Shown here piece after piece: positions 1 to 12,180 of a stretch of 64,000 nt of DNA. Every line of letters begins with the position of its first letter. Position 1 is the first letter of the stretch. Under the pieces are notes generated by a model. It made no database searches. It was not told the origin of the DNA and worked only from the letters and a program-made list of their open reading frames with translations. The stretch is from the NCBI RefSeq assembly GCF_009914755.1, contig NC_060926.1; one strand, given 5' to 3'. Made by a program: the position numbers and the translations under genes. The DNA is from the human T2T-CHM13v2.0 reference genome, Homo sapiens.

Positions 1-716
1 ATTCTTATAAATATTTTTTGGCTGTGTTCTGGGATACATTTAAGTTACATGTAAATAACTTAATCTTTTGACATTTGCTTTAATATTTTGTCAGATGGAA
101 TTAGAGCCACCTTTCTTCTAGTGCTAATTTTGCCCTTATCCTTAGGCAATACTCTTCTGAATCCTCTACCGCTAGTATCAAGAATTGTGTTGTTATTCTA
201 CCTCGGCTGATGGGGACACCAACTATTCTGGCCTGTTGTGATCTCTGGCTATTGTTCTCACAAATCTTTTTTGACTGTTCCTTCCCCCGACTCCACTCCA
301 GCCTTAGGCAGTTTTGCTCATAGGCACACATTTAGCAGTACTCAGCTGAAGATTAAAGGGCAAAACAATGTGGATTTTTGGCGCTCTCCTCTGTGCAATT
401 CTCTTTGTTCAAGTACTTTCACCTGCAGTCTCTAGACAGCTTGATCTCCTTGGCTAGCCAACTCTATCTCCCCAGCTCATGGAATCCACTGGACTCAGCC
501 TGCTTCACCTCATACCCCATGCTGTGGCCTGAAAGTCAGCTGGGGCAATTATAGGGCACATCTTTCTTCCTCTCTCTCTCAGTGATCTTGTGCTGCTCTG
601 CCTGATATCGGTGTCTGAAAATCGTTGTTTTGTATATTTTGTCCGGATTTATTTTCTTGTTTCAAAAAAGAGGATAAATCTAGTTCCTATTACTCCATCT
701 TAGCCTGAAGTGGAAA
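1..716 (-). mobile_element. Old L1 (L1M-type) 5' region fragment, runs off the window start
   Basis: T-rich L1M-like sequence ending in tactccatcttagcctgaagtgg, the reverse of an L1M 5' end (ACTTC..CAAGATGG-like). It resembles 42600-43319. Confidence 0.6.
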
Positions 717-1021
717 TAATTTCTCACTCTATTTTTCAGCCTAAGTTTTTATATGTGGATAGAGTATGTAGCAGAGTCAGAGAGTAGAAAAAATTACAGG
801 GAGAGTAACATATCACTCCCTCAGTGTTCTCCTTTCAACTTCTGTATCCCCAGATACTATCAAAGACATCTGGGTCAAACCACATTGATTGCTGGTTGTC
901 TCTCCTTAATCAAGTCCTACATTATCTAGATCCTATTCTGTAGACTCAGCTGAAGAGAAAGAATAGTGTAGGTTCCCCCTTGCCCTGCACTCATGCTTTA
1001 ACATACTAAAGTGCTTTACGG

Positions 1022-1872
1022 TGTCAATAAAAAGAGTCAAATTCTAAAATATTTGAGGAGATTTATTCTGAGCCAAATGTGAGGACAATAACCCATGGAA
1101 CCACCTCAGGAGGTCCTGAGAACAGGTGCTTAAGGGGGTCAGGCTACAGCTTGGTTTTATATGTTTCAGGGAGACATAAGTCATCAGTCAATCCATGTAA
1201 GCTGTACATTGGTTCAGTCTGCAAAGGCAGGACAACTCAAGAGTGGGGGCTTCCAGGTCATAGGCTGATTCAAAGATTTTCTAATTGGCAATTGGTTGAA
1301 AGAATTAAGTTATCATCTAAGAACTTGGAATCAATAGAAAAGAGTACCTGGGTTGAGATAAGGGTTGTAGAGACCAAGGCTTTTATCACGCAGATGAAGC
1401 TTTCAGGTAGCAGGCTTCAGAGAGAATACATTACAAGTGCTTTTTTTTTTTTTTTAATCAGACTTTATAAGATGCCAGACTCTTAGTTAATTCTCTCCTG
1501 GATCAGGAAAAAGACCTGGAAAGGGAAGGGGACTCTAAACAATGTAGACTTTCCCCAAGAGACAGCTTTGTAGGGCCATTTCAAAATATGCCAAAGAAAT
1601 ATATTTTGGATTAAAATAATTTCTTTCAGGGCCTGCTATTGGTATTTTATTGCTAGAAAGGGTCTGTTTTGTCAGTCTTAGGTCTCTGTTTTAATGTTAA
1701 TGATGGCCAGTTGTGCCTGAATTCCAAATGGAGCAGGATATAATGAGGTCTGTCTCAGCTCTTCTTCCCATCATGGCCTGAACTAGTTTTTCAGGTCAAC
1801 TCTGGAATGCCCTTAAGAGAAGAGGGGTCCATTCAGTTGGCTGGGGGCTTAGAATTTTATTTTTGGTCTACA
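1022..1872 (-). mobile_element. MER4-family solo LTR (ERV1)
   Basis: TG...CA ends. The minus strand starts TGTAGACCAAAAATAAAATTCTAAGCCCCC, and the body carries the MER4-type gagatttattctgagccaaat...ctcaggaggtcctgagaac. Confidence 0.8.
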
Positions 1873-1966
1873 GTGGAGCCCTAAAATCAACAAAATCAAC
1901 ATTTTCCATGGAATATTTTACAGGAATGGTATTCTGGGAATTGGATGATGGAAAAAACAGTAGTAA

Positions 1967-2581
1967 TGATACAGCTCCGATGAGTGGAGAACACTAGGTT
2001 CTTCCTCTCTAGTCGAATTAGAAAAAGCAACACGGACACATGTGGAGTAATTTTAAGGAGCAGGGAATTTAATAGGCAAGAAAAAAGGGGGAAGAAAGAA
2101 AGAAAAGTCTCCCCTGTACAGAGGGAGGGGGGCTCCAAAGCCTAGAAATGAAACCCTGCTTTCAGGTAATATCAGCCAGCTATATTCCATGGCTGGAGGA
2201 AGTGTTTGTTTGATTTGCATAGGGCTCAGGGGATAGGTTTGACCAGGCATGTCATTCACATAGCTCCCAGGGAAAAAACTGGCCCTCCCACTCTAGCCTT
2301 TTCATATGTAAATGCAGGGCACCATGATGTTCCACACATGGGGATATATGGGGGCAGCCATGCTGCCAGGCACAAGTTGGGGCAAGGGCAAGAGGACAAC
2401 AACGGGAATCCTCATGTTGGGTGGACCCAGCTTCTAATGGCTGGCATTTGCATATTAAAGGTTGCTGGCCTAGGTTTAAGAGCCAGGACCTTCATGCTGG
2501 ACAAGGGCTGCAAAAAATCTTCCAAGAACCCCTTTTTTCCTCTCTATCTGCCTAAAATAATTTCTTAATAACTCCTCCTCA
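1967..2581 (-). mobile_element. 3' LTR (LTR9-like)
   Basis: 615 bp, TG..CA ends, preceded on the minus strand by purine tract CAGGGAGAAA. Homologous to 10926-11603. Confidence 0.93.
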
Positions 2582-4556
2582 TTTCTCCCTGTGGAGATAT
2601 CACCCTAACTGCTATTAAGGGATTCTGAGTGATGACTCTTTCTGGCTGCTTCCTGCTAAAAAGGAGTGTCAAATAGGGAACAGCAGCTAGGGCTTCTCCT
2701 GGGGTTGATCTAAGGGTCCTCGGAAGAACAGTGCGTCCATGTGTGGTTCCGTTTGCAGCACCATTTGGAGTTTGGTTGCTTCTAGGCAAGAAGAAACAAT
2801 TTGAGTTATAGTATTGAGTACGCAGGGTCCAAATATTAATACAGGACATATAAGCAAGAGAGGGCTTAATAAAAGGGTCAACCAATTCCGTAAAGACTGT
2901 AATTCATTAAAGAAGGATTGTGGCCACCCGGAGTAGAAGCCAGCATTTCCCTGAGCCTGTCAATAATTTTGATTTGATCTTTAAGTACCTGTAGATTTTC
3001 CTCTACTTTCCTAGAGGTGTTAATCCAGAAGCAACATGTTTCATTTAAAAGTGCACAAGTACCTCCTACTTCAGCTGTAAGGACATCTCAGGCTCATCTA
3101 GTTTGTGCCACTATTGAGGCTAAAGAGTCTGTAGATCGCTATTGTGCCTCTGTGGCCCCTACAGTTGCCTTCCATCCTCATTGCATCATAGGGTAGAGAT
3201 ATTAACTATTACTCTTTCAAGGAGAGGGATGCCCACAAATCAGAATAGACCTCTGGCTATAGAATTTCCCATCCATGGTTTTTCTAAGATGGGATTGTTA
3301 TGTGCATGCCCTCCCCAGTCTGCCCTTTCAGTTAAATTTCCATATGAGGGCATAGAAATGATAGCTCTTTTTGTCCGGCATATTCGAGATAGTGCAGTTT
3401 CTAGAAAAGAGCCTAAATTAGGGATGTCCCCAGATGATGCTGCCATCTCAGCAGAGTTTAGAAATAATAAGTCAGGAACTACTGCGACTATAATATACGT
3501 TCCCTTCTACTTTCTTGGGAAGATTAAGTGTATCCCAGAGCTACACAGAAAATATAGCCCTGATCCTTTAAGACAGAGTTCTAAGTTGTGCTTTGTGAGA
3601 GATACCAGCAGATTTTTCTCATATCGTAGAAGTTTTCCTTCATTACATATAATAGGGACATCCTTGGGATAAGGATAATCATATTTAGGATAGCCACTTA
3701 TGATGCCATTTAGAATTTGACATGCCAAATGAAAAGGGTCCTCCTGACAAATGGAGTTTTGAAAAAGACATAATATGCTCTGGCCAATATCTTAGATGAT
3801 CCCTGTGGCAAGGGCTGTCAGTCTTGATGTCTCCAGTTCGCTGAGAGGTTTGTAAGCCGCTACTATTAGCAAGCATCGCACAAAGGTCTGGAATTCCATA
3901 AGGAGGCATGTTTGGAAAGGCCCATGTGTTATTCTTTACATTATAATCAAGGTGGTTATTTAGAGCATGCCATTCCCTTCAGGACTTCCAACCAATGGGA
4001 GAGGCTAGATTCTGAAAGCCCCCTACTAAGGCTTCTGATTCTTGTAGATTACCCTTGCTGCATTCTCCTCCCCAAATCTTGGAACTTTCAGCAATTACAA
4101 GTGTGATGTTACAATATTTGGGATCTCCCAAGTATGGTCCTTCCCCATTACTTCAAAAGCAGAGGGAGGCATTTGCTATTACTGGGTCCACTTTTCCCAG
4201 CCTAAGGGTGTGAAGTTTATCTTTGGGGAGAGTGTTCTTTGGGACTGGGGGTGGAATTTTCTCTTGAAAGGAGTTAGTCACCCAGTTGAAAGTGCTCCCA
4301 TACCATGTTACATTTAGGCCTGATATGCCTTTAAGGATTAAAGGTAAAGCCAACAAAGGGAACCCTAAGACGGCGAGTTCTGGGTCATTGTCAGGTTCCT
4401 CAGTGCCACTGAACTGAGAGAACCACTTAGACAGACCCAACAATTAGTTTTGTTGTAGAAACGGGCCATAGCGGATATTGTAGGAGCTAAGAGGTGTGAT
4501 GTGTTACTAAGTCCAATAAAAAATCCTAACAGACTTAGTGATAGTAAAACGCTCAT
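2565..4556 (-). pseudogene. env: ERV env, disrupted
   Basis: Signal peptide MSVLLSLSLLGFF, CWVC motif, furin site RTKR (3366-3377), ISD-like AQTR*A*DVLTAEVGGT, CX6CC motif CALLNETCC, membrane anchor LLICPVLIFGPC. Many stops and frameshifts. Confidence 0.92.
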
Positions 4557-4714
4557 GTTTACTTCCTGTTAATAACCATTATTCTTGTCGTAAGGATAGT
4601 AATTAAGCAAAATGCTACAGTAATTAATATTTGGCTTAAAAGGAGAGGTAGAAGTACATAAAGTAGTTCATGAGGTAGAGGCGAGGCTGAGTAAGATGAG
4701 TAGTTCTTACTCCA

Positions 4715-7700
4715 TTACTTCTCTTTTGTGATTTTCAGCTTACGGTCTATTTCTTCGCATTGATATTCAGGTCGTTCCTCTGGGCTGTCAGGGGTTGCTC
4801 CCTCAGCTTTCCAGGCTTTGACTCGAGTGTGAGTCCAAGAGTCGATTGCTATAACGTTTATTGCCGAGGGAGTGGAAAGAAGAACAGTGTAAGGCCCTTC
4901 CCAGCTTGAGCTTAGGGAGGGAGAGAGAGGAGGGAGGGTCTTCACCAGTACCAAATCTCCTGGGTTAAATAGAGGTGGTCCAATTTCCTGGGGTTGGGCC
5001 TTTGCTAATTGTGCTAATTGCTGTTGGAAGTGAGCCAGAGAAGTTACATGCTTGACTAGCTCAGAGGTTTCTTGATCTAATGGAAAATCATTGGTAAGGA
5101 AAGGTCATCCATACTGCATCTCAAAAGGGCTAAGATCTAGTTCTGAAGGGGTATTTCTTATTCCTCACAAGGCCATATGAAGACAACTGACCCAAGGAAG
5201 GTGAGTTTCTTGGGATAATTTTCTGAGGTGTCTCTTGATGATATTATTAATTTTCTCTACCTTTCCTGAGGACTGGGGTCTCCAAGCACAGTGGAGATGG
5301 TATTCTATGCCTAGTGCTTTTGAGACCCCTTGTGTGACAGCTGCCTTAAATGAGGGTCCATCATCACTTCGAAGATACCTAGGTAGACAAAAGAGGGGAG
5401 TTATTTCATTAACTAACACTTTTTTTTTTTTTTAACCTCAGAGGCTTTTTCTGTATGGCATGGGAATGCCTCTACCCAGTTAGTGAAGGTGTCTACCCAT
5501 ACCATCAGGTATTGAATGCCCTTTGCCTCTGACATGTGGGTGAAGTCTATTTGCCAGTCTTCCCCAGGATAATCTCCTATTCTTTGGGTTTGAGGAGGAA
5601 GGAGTCTACTGTTTAGGGGATTATTTTTAAGACAGACTTCACAAGCATCAGCAATTTGATTAATTGTTTTTAGTAAGTTCTCTCCTGAAAACAATCTCTG
5701 GGCACATTGATACATTTTAACCTTTCTCAAGTGAAAAGCTTGGTGAAGGACTTTGAGGACTTTCCATTGGCTAGAGGCTGGCAAGTGGAGCTTGCCATCC
5801 TCTGACTGTAGCCATCCTGAGTGTTGAAATGTATACCCTCAAGAAGTGGACCATTCTACTTCCTTAGGGGAATACTGAGGTTTAATTTCTCTTATGGAGC
5901 CTTCCCAGACTAGAGGGGTTTGAAGTGTGTTGATATCTTGAGGTTTTCTTCCCACTGACTTAGCTGCCTGATCAGAGAATCTATTTCCTTCAGCTACCTC
6001 ATCTATTCCCTTTTGATGTCCCCTACAATGCATTATTGCGATTTCTCGTGGAAGGAAAACTGAGGATAGTAACCTATTAATTTCCTGGTGATATTTTATA
6101 GGAGAACCATTGGTGGTAAGAAAATGCCTTTCCTTCCAAATGGCCTCATGAGCATGGAGAAGTAGGAAAGCTTACTTGGAGTTAGTGTAAATATTAGCTA
6201 CCTTTCCTTTGCTTAATTCAATTGCTCTTGTAGGAGCTATTAGCTCAGCTAATTAAGTGCTTGTGCCTAGAGGAAGAGGCACACTTTCAATGACGTCATT
6301 TAGAGTGACTACTGCGTATCCTGCCTTGTGGATCCCTTGTTCTACAAAAGAGCTCGCATCTGTGAAGAGGGTTCAGTCTGGATTCTTTAAGGGAGTTTCT
6401 CTGAAATCCTCCCTGGCTGCATAGATCTGTGCTATGACTTGTTCACAGTTATGCTCAGGTTCCCCAGTTTCCTCAGGGAGGAAGGTGGCTGGATTTAGGC
6501 TAGAACAAGTCTTTAATTGGACGTGAGAACCCTCTAAGAGTAGGGCCTGATATTTAAGGAGTCAGCTGTTAGCCAAAGTCTTCCTCTAGAGTACAGTAGT
6601 CCTATCATGTTATGTGGGGTGTAAATGGTGAAATCATTCCCCAGAGTTAATTTGGAGGCTTCTGGGACCAGCAGAGCCACCAAGGCAATGACTCAGAGGT
6701 ATGCTGGCTACCCTCTAGCCACTGAATCAAGTTCCTTGCTTAGGTAACTCACTGGGTGTTGAGCTCGTCCTCAGGCCTGTGTTAAAACTCCCAGGGCCAT
6801 TCTCTTCCTGTCTGATGCATACAGATTGAAGACCTTCCCTACAGGAAGGCTGAGAGCTGGTGCCTTGAGCAAGGCTTGCTTTAGCTGGTCAAAGGCCTTT
6901 TGAGTTTCAGGTTCCCAGATTAAAAGATGAGTTTTAGCTCCCTGAGTTTCTTTTATGAGGTTATATAATGGATGGGCTATTTCACCATACCAAGGTATCC
7001 ATAGCCTACAGAATCCTGTAATCCCCAAAAATCCTCTTAGTTGCTTGGGTGTTTTGGGGAGGAGGAAAGAGGAGATAGGCTTAATCCTCTCTTCCTCCAA
7101 TGCTCTGGCCCCCTCAGACAGCACAAAGCCTAGGTACTTTACTGAAGTTTTGCAGAGCTGAGCCTTAGGTTTTGAAACCTTATATCCTCTGCTAGCTAAG
7201 AAGTTAAGAGTAGCTTTGGTGCCTTCCTGAGATGCTTTCTCAGCTGGGGCACAGAGCGGAATATCATCCACATACTGCAAGACCCTAACCTGAGGATGAG
7301 AGAACTCAGAGAGGTCTTGTGACAGTGCCTGTCCAAACAGATGAGGACTATCTCAAAATCCCTGAGGCAACACTATCCATATTAACTGAGCGGTCTGGCC
7401 AGAGGGATCTTCGAAGGCAAACAGGTATTGAGAGTCAGGATGTAATGGTACGCAGAAAAAGGCATCCTTTAAATCTAGGACTGTAAGCCATTTAGTTCCC
7501 TCAGGTATTTGAGTTAACAGGGTATAGGGATTACGTACCACTGGATGGTTTGGAACTATAGCCTCATTAATGAGGCAGAGGTCCTGAACTAGTCTCCATT
7601 ACCCATTGGTTTTTGCCCTCCTAATATTAGGGTGTTGCAGGGGCTATTACAAGGTTTGAGGAGGCCTTGCATCTTTAGGTTATCAATAATTGCTGCTAGC

Positions 7701-8219
7701 CCTTTCCTAACCTCTGGCCTTAGGGGACACTGCCTCTGGTTAGGAAAAGAAGTGGGACCCTTAAGATAGATTCAGACTGGCCTAGCAGTTACAGTTTGAC
7801 CTATTCTTCCTTGAATTACCCACACTTCTGGATTAATGCTATCTTCCATCGGGGAGAGACAAAAAGTTTGTCCTGGGGCTATAAGGATGCTGGCCCCTTT
7901 GTGAACTAGAATATCTCTACCTAATAAAGGGGTGGGACTTTCAGGCATGATGAGAAAGTCATGTGTAAATAGTACATCCCCCTACCTGCAGCTAAGGGGT
8001 TGAGAAAAATATTGAGTTAGAGTTTTTCCTGAGATACCCCTTTATGCTCATTCTATGGGAAGAGGGGAGCCCTGGATTAGAGAGGAGGAGAGAGATACTG
8101 GCCCCAGTATCCAGAAGGAGATCTACTTTCCTTCCTTCAATTTCCGGAATCGTCCAGGGCTCCTGTGCTGTAATGGCAGTCTGAGTTGCTGGAGCCGGGG
8201 GTTTGAGCCCCAGGACCCA
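4715..8219 (-). pseudogene. pol: ERV pro-pol (protease, RT, RNase H, integrase), disrupted
   Basis: LLDTGA protease motif (about 8100-8120); RT motifs LDLKDAFF, LPQGF and QYVDD; RNase H FTDASS and HCRGHQK; integrase H..H..CEVC, WQIDFT, SDDGP, SGKVEK and WEGPY. Confidence 0.95.
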
Positions 8220-9681
8220 TCAGTACTGCTGGACCATGTGTGAGACTAATTCTAAACCCAGTGACCTCTGCCTCTGGGGGCAGGTCTGTCTCCAGTGTTC
8301 TCCACCACAGGTTGGACAGGGTCGAGGTGGCTTTGTCTTGCTTCCTGGGCATTCTTTCTTAAAATGCCCTGACTGACCACATCGATAACAGCTAGTGGAT
8401 GCACCTCAGGGATTCTGGACATTAAAAGCTTGTAAAGCTGCTACTAGAGCCTCTGTTTTTTTCTTGTACTTCCTCTCTTTTTCTCGGCCTCTTCTCAATC
8501 CCTATTGTAAAAGACTGAAGTGGCTATTCTCAGGAGGCTTTCTAGGGTGCTGTCTGGTCTTATTGCTTGCTTCTGTAGCTTTCTTCTAATACTGGGAGCT
8601 GCCTTTGTAATAAACTTGTCCTTCAGGATGAGCTGTCCCTTGACTGAATCGGGGGATGGAGAGGGGTGCTTTATTAGTGCCCCTCAACCTTTCCATAAAA
8701 GCTGTGGGATTCTCATCTGGTCTTTGGTCTATCATGGACAGTTTAGAGTAATTGAGATATTTAGCCCTGGTCTTCTGTAGGCCTTCTAATATACACCTTA
8801 AAAAGTGCTTCCTTTTCCATTCATCTCCTGAGTTATTGGGATCCCAATTAGGGTTATCTACCAGAACTGCTTCCCTTCCTTGTGGGAATGAAGTTTCCAC
8901 CACTTCCTCACCTTCCTTTTCTCCTTGGGCGGCTATAGAAGGCATGTTGCTCATCTCCGTATTTTTCTGCTGCCTGCAGAACTGCCTGCTTTTCAGCTGC
9001 AGTGAGGGTTTGACTTAGCAGCAACATAACATCCCTCCATGTGAGATCAAACACCTGAGTTAAATTTTGGAAAATTTCTATATACCTATCAGGGTCTTCA
9101 GAAAATTGACCTAAGTCTCCCTTTTTTAGCTTAAGATCCTGCAATGAGAAGAGAACTTGAACCTTTATGGCACCATTCTCGTGAGGCATTTCCTGGAAGG
9201 GGGAAGACTGAAGAGGGGAGAGTAGGATATACTGGAGATGGTGGAGCTGATGGTAGGATTGGAGGGGAACTGGAAGGGTTGGGACATTCAGTAGCTATCT
9301 CAGATTGCTCCTCTGAAGCCTACATTAGCTCTGGGGAAACTACTCCCTGTGAACTTGCCTGTCATTACTGCTAAAAGAACTGAGTCGATTGTACAGAACT
9401 TGTAAAGGTCTGGGTTGTCTTGCAGAGCAAAGAAAGCCTGTACATAGGGGACCCCAGTCCATTTGCCCCGCTGTTTGCAGAAAAGTTCTCACTGTTGGAT
9501 AATATTAAAATCAAGGTTCCCCCTGCAGGCCAGGTTTGCCTGTCCCCAAGAGGGTGGGAAGGCCATGCCCTTGTGCAATAAAATGCGAGGCGCTTTTTCT
9601 TCAAAGTTTCAGAGTCGAAGGGTGCCAGTGCCTTAAAATACACTCCAGGGAAGTGCATGTTGAAGACGATCTGTTACCCGT
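8220..9681 (-). pseudogene. gag: ERV gag, disrupted
   Basis: (ACG)GNRSSSTCTSLECILRHW N-terminus, capsid FSLQDL..FSEDPDRY, MHR-like QRPDENPTAFMERL, two zinc knuckles, and TGA stop at 8220-8222 directly before pro. Confidence 0.92.
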
Positions 9682-10870
9682 CTAGAAAGAGAAGTGAGAA
9701 TAAAAGCATCCTTTTAGTCTCCTTCCTTTCAGTATGTGATCCAGGATGGAGATGAAAACAGTAGAGGGTGTCCCTCCAGCTATTCTCTCTCTGTTGCTCC
9801 TGGATTCCTGGCACCCACTTAAATGTGTCACCCACGGCTGCAGGCGTGACCCTCCAAGCCATGGCACCAGAGGAACTGAGTTTTGGGCCTTAGTCACGCT
9901 GTCCCCGAGCAATGAGTTCTCTGCCTTTTATTTCCCTTTGACTTCCTAGACTTGTGTGGCCTGTGTGCCTTCCAAAAAATGGATTTCAAGAAAAACCACG
10001 TAATTGGGCAAGGCCCCTTTAAAGGAGGGGGCATGCTAGATTGAATTCTGTATTCTGCTATTATAGCCCATGCTAAAGCATTTACCCTTGGAAGAATGGT
10101 TCCAGTTAACTTCCAGACTTAAAATCCCCTTACTAAGTACTGTCTTAATAGAAGACAAAATTGGTGCCTTAAAGGAATGTAGGAACCGAATGGCCATTTT
10201 CCTGCCAGTGGGACAATATCAAGACTAAAATTTGGCTATGGAAGACATTTTACTCCTAAATGCTAAAGGCAGAAACTTCCTGTTGCTGGAAGAGGTCTAG
10301 AGCCTGATTTATTTCCATGAGGTGATGCCGTCTGCTTAGAAATGCTATGTATTCGCCAGATAAGTGGTAGCAAGTAACCTCACCATGGGGAGAAAGGGGA
10401 AAACTCTGTTCCTAGACTGTAAAAATCTTTGCACATTTCACGCAAAGAAAGGGTAAGAGGCCGCAGATAGAGAAGGAAGAAGAGTGTTGCAACAGGACTG
10501 TTGAGTTTCTCTACCAACACCCAGAATGGGCTGTCGGGGGCTGTGTCCCGTCCAGAGCCCTTTGAATCACACCACGGTGTGCTCTGGTCAGAAATTCCCA
10601 GTTGCCTCAGAACTTTTCTCAGTCTCGCGCCATGGTAAGGTTCCCCGTGAAAAGAAGCTAGTTCAAACGTGGCCAACATTCCCAATATCAGTAGGTAATG
10701 GGGGGGTTCTCCACGTTCCCCCAGGAAGCCTTACATCGGTGACTTGAGTACGGCAGTCAACGCTAAGCATATGTACTAGGCCAACCGACGCCCATTGATT
10801 TATTGGATTTATTTTAATATAGAGGCGAAGAGCGCCTTGGAATGAAAGAACAGATTTTAAGCTTGCTCCC

Positions 10871-10880
10871 ATACTCACCA
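10871..10880 (-). promoter_or_regulatory. Probable proviral major splice donor
   Basis: TG|GTGAGTAT just downstream of the PBS on the minus strand. Confidence 0.6.
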
Positions 10881-10904
10881 CTCCGAGGAAGGCTGTACCT
10901 CAGA

Positions 10905-10922
10905 TTCCTGGCCAATGCACCA
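10905..10922 (-). promoter_or_regulatory. Primer-binding site complementary to tRNA-Gly
   Basis: The plus strand reads ttcctggccaatgcacca versus the recalled human tRNA-Gly(GCC) 3' end TTCCCGGCCAATGCACCA (17/18; the mismatch is CpG>TpG). It lies 3 nt from the 5' LTR. Confidence 0.85.
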
Positions 10923-10925
10923 AAA

Positions 10926-11603
10926 TGATACGGCACTGATGAGTGAAGAACACCAGGTTCTTCGTCTCAAATCGATTTAGAGAAATGACACGGACACAAG
11001 TGGAGTAATTTTAAGGAGCAGGAAGTTTAATAGGCAAGAAATAAGGGGGAAGAAAAGAAGAAGAGGCTCCCCTGTACAGAGACAGAGGGAGGGGGCTCCA
11101 AAGCTGAGAGATGGGACCTCGCTTTCAGGTAATATCAGCCAGCTATATTCCATGACTGGAGGAGGCATTGTTTGATTTGCATAGGGCTCAGGGGATTGGT
11201 TTGACTAGGCATGTTATTCACATAGCCCATGAAAAAACTGGCCTTCCCACCCTAGCCTTTTAATATGCAAATGAAGGGCGACATGATGTTCCATACGTGG
11301 GGATATGTGGGGGCAGCCATGCTGCCAGGCACATGTTGGGGCAAGGGCAAGAAGACAAGGGTGGGAATCGCCATGTTGGGTGGACCCAGTTTCTAAAGGC
11401 TGGCATTTGCATATTAAAGGATGCCACCCGGCTATGCTGGGTGGACCCAGTTTCCAACAGCTGGCATTTGCACATCACAGGTTGCTGGCCTGGGTCTAAG
11501 AGCCAGGGCTTTCATGCTAGACAAGCAATGCAAAAAAATCTTCCAAGGACCCCTTTTTTCCTCTCTATCTGCCTAAAATAGTTTCTTAATAACTCCTACT
11601 TCA
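10926..11603 (-). mobile_element. 5' LTR (LTR9-like)
   Basis: 678 bp, TG..CA ends, adjacent to the PBS, three perfect octamer motifs. Confidence 0.93.
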
Positions 11604-11989
11604 GTAGGAGATAATGTAATTATAAAATTGCAAGTTCAAATTTTTTTCCTATTCCGATCTCATATATTAGACAGTGTACAGATAGCTCATTTGGTACATA
11701 CCATACGCTTTCTGAGAAATGCTAAATTTTAGAACTAGCAAGAACTTTTGTAGTTAGTTAATATTTCTAGTTTCATGCAATTAATGGCTCTAGTTACACT
11801 GTAACTCCAGATTTGTTTTTCATTGTTCTTTTTCTCCCCACATACTATACTCCCTTGTTCGGGTGTATTTTCCTTATTCGGTTGTATTTTTTTGTATTAA
11901 TTCCTCAACTTTTTACTTGCTTTAATTTCAAGTATCTTTCCTTCATTTCTTTTTTTATACTAGAGTAATTAACAAATAGAACCAATTTT

Positions 11990-12180
11990 TATCAAGCACT
12001 TAATTTATGCAAAATACTGAGCTAAGTGCTATACGTAGGTTATTGTCTTAATACTCTCAACAATCCTATGGTAGTACTATTAGTATCCCCATTTTACAAG
12101 AGAGGGAAATGAGGGTTAAAAAATTTAAATGACTTGTGCAGGGTCACGTTGCTAATATGAAAACAGAAAATTATTAACTC
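11990..12180 (-). mobile_element. MIR SINE
   Basis: Core atccccattttaca...gaaatgagg...aaatgacttg..gggtcac. Confidence 0.75.

Larger units (their letters stand above)
1967..11603 (-). mobile_element. Full-length degenerate class I ERV provirus (LTR9-like LTRs; HUERS-P3/ERV9-related internal region)
   Basis: Two homologous LTRs, PBS, PPT and gag-pro-pol-env order. Imperfect 4-bp TSD gtaa (1963-1966) / gtag (11604-11607). Confidence 0.95.

Noticed and set aside
3142-3672. 176-aa plus-strand ORF antisense to env
   Set aside because: No recognisable motifs; most likely a shadow of the env frame.
10903-10922. tRNA gene
   Set aside because: Only the 3' 20 nt including CCA is present, so it is a retroviral PBS.
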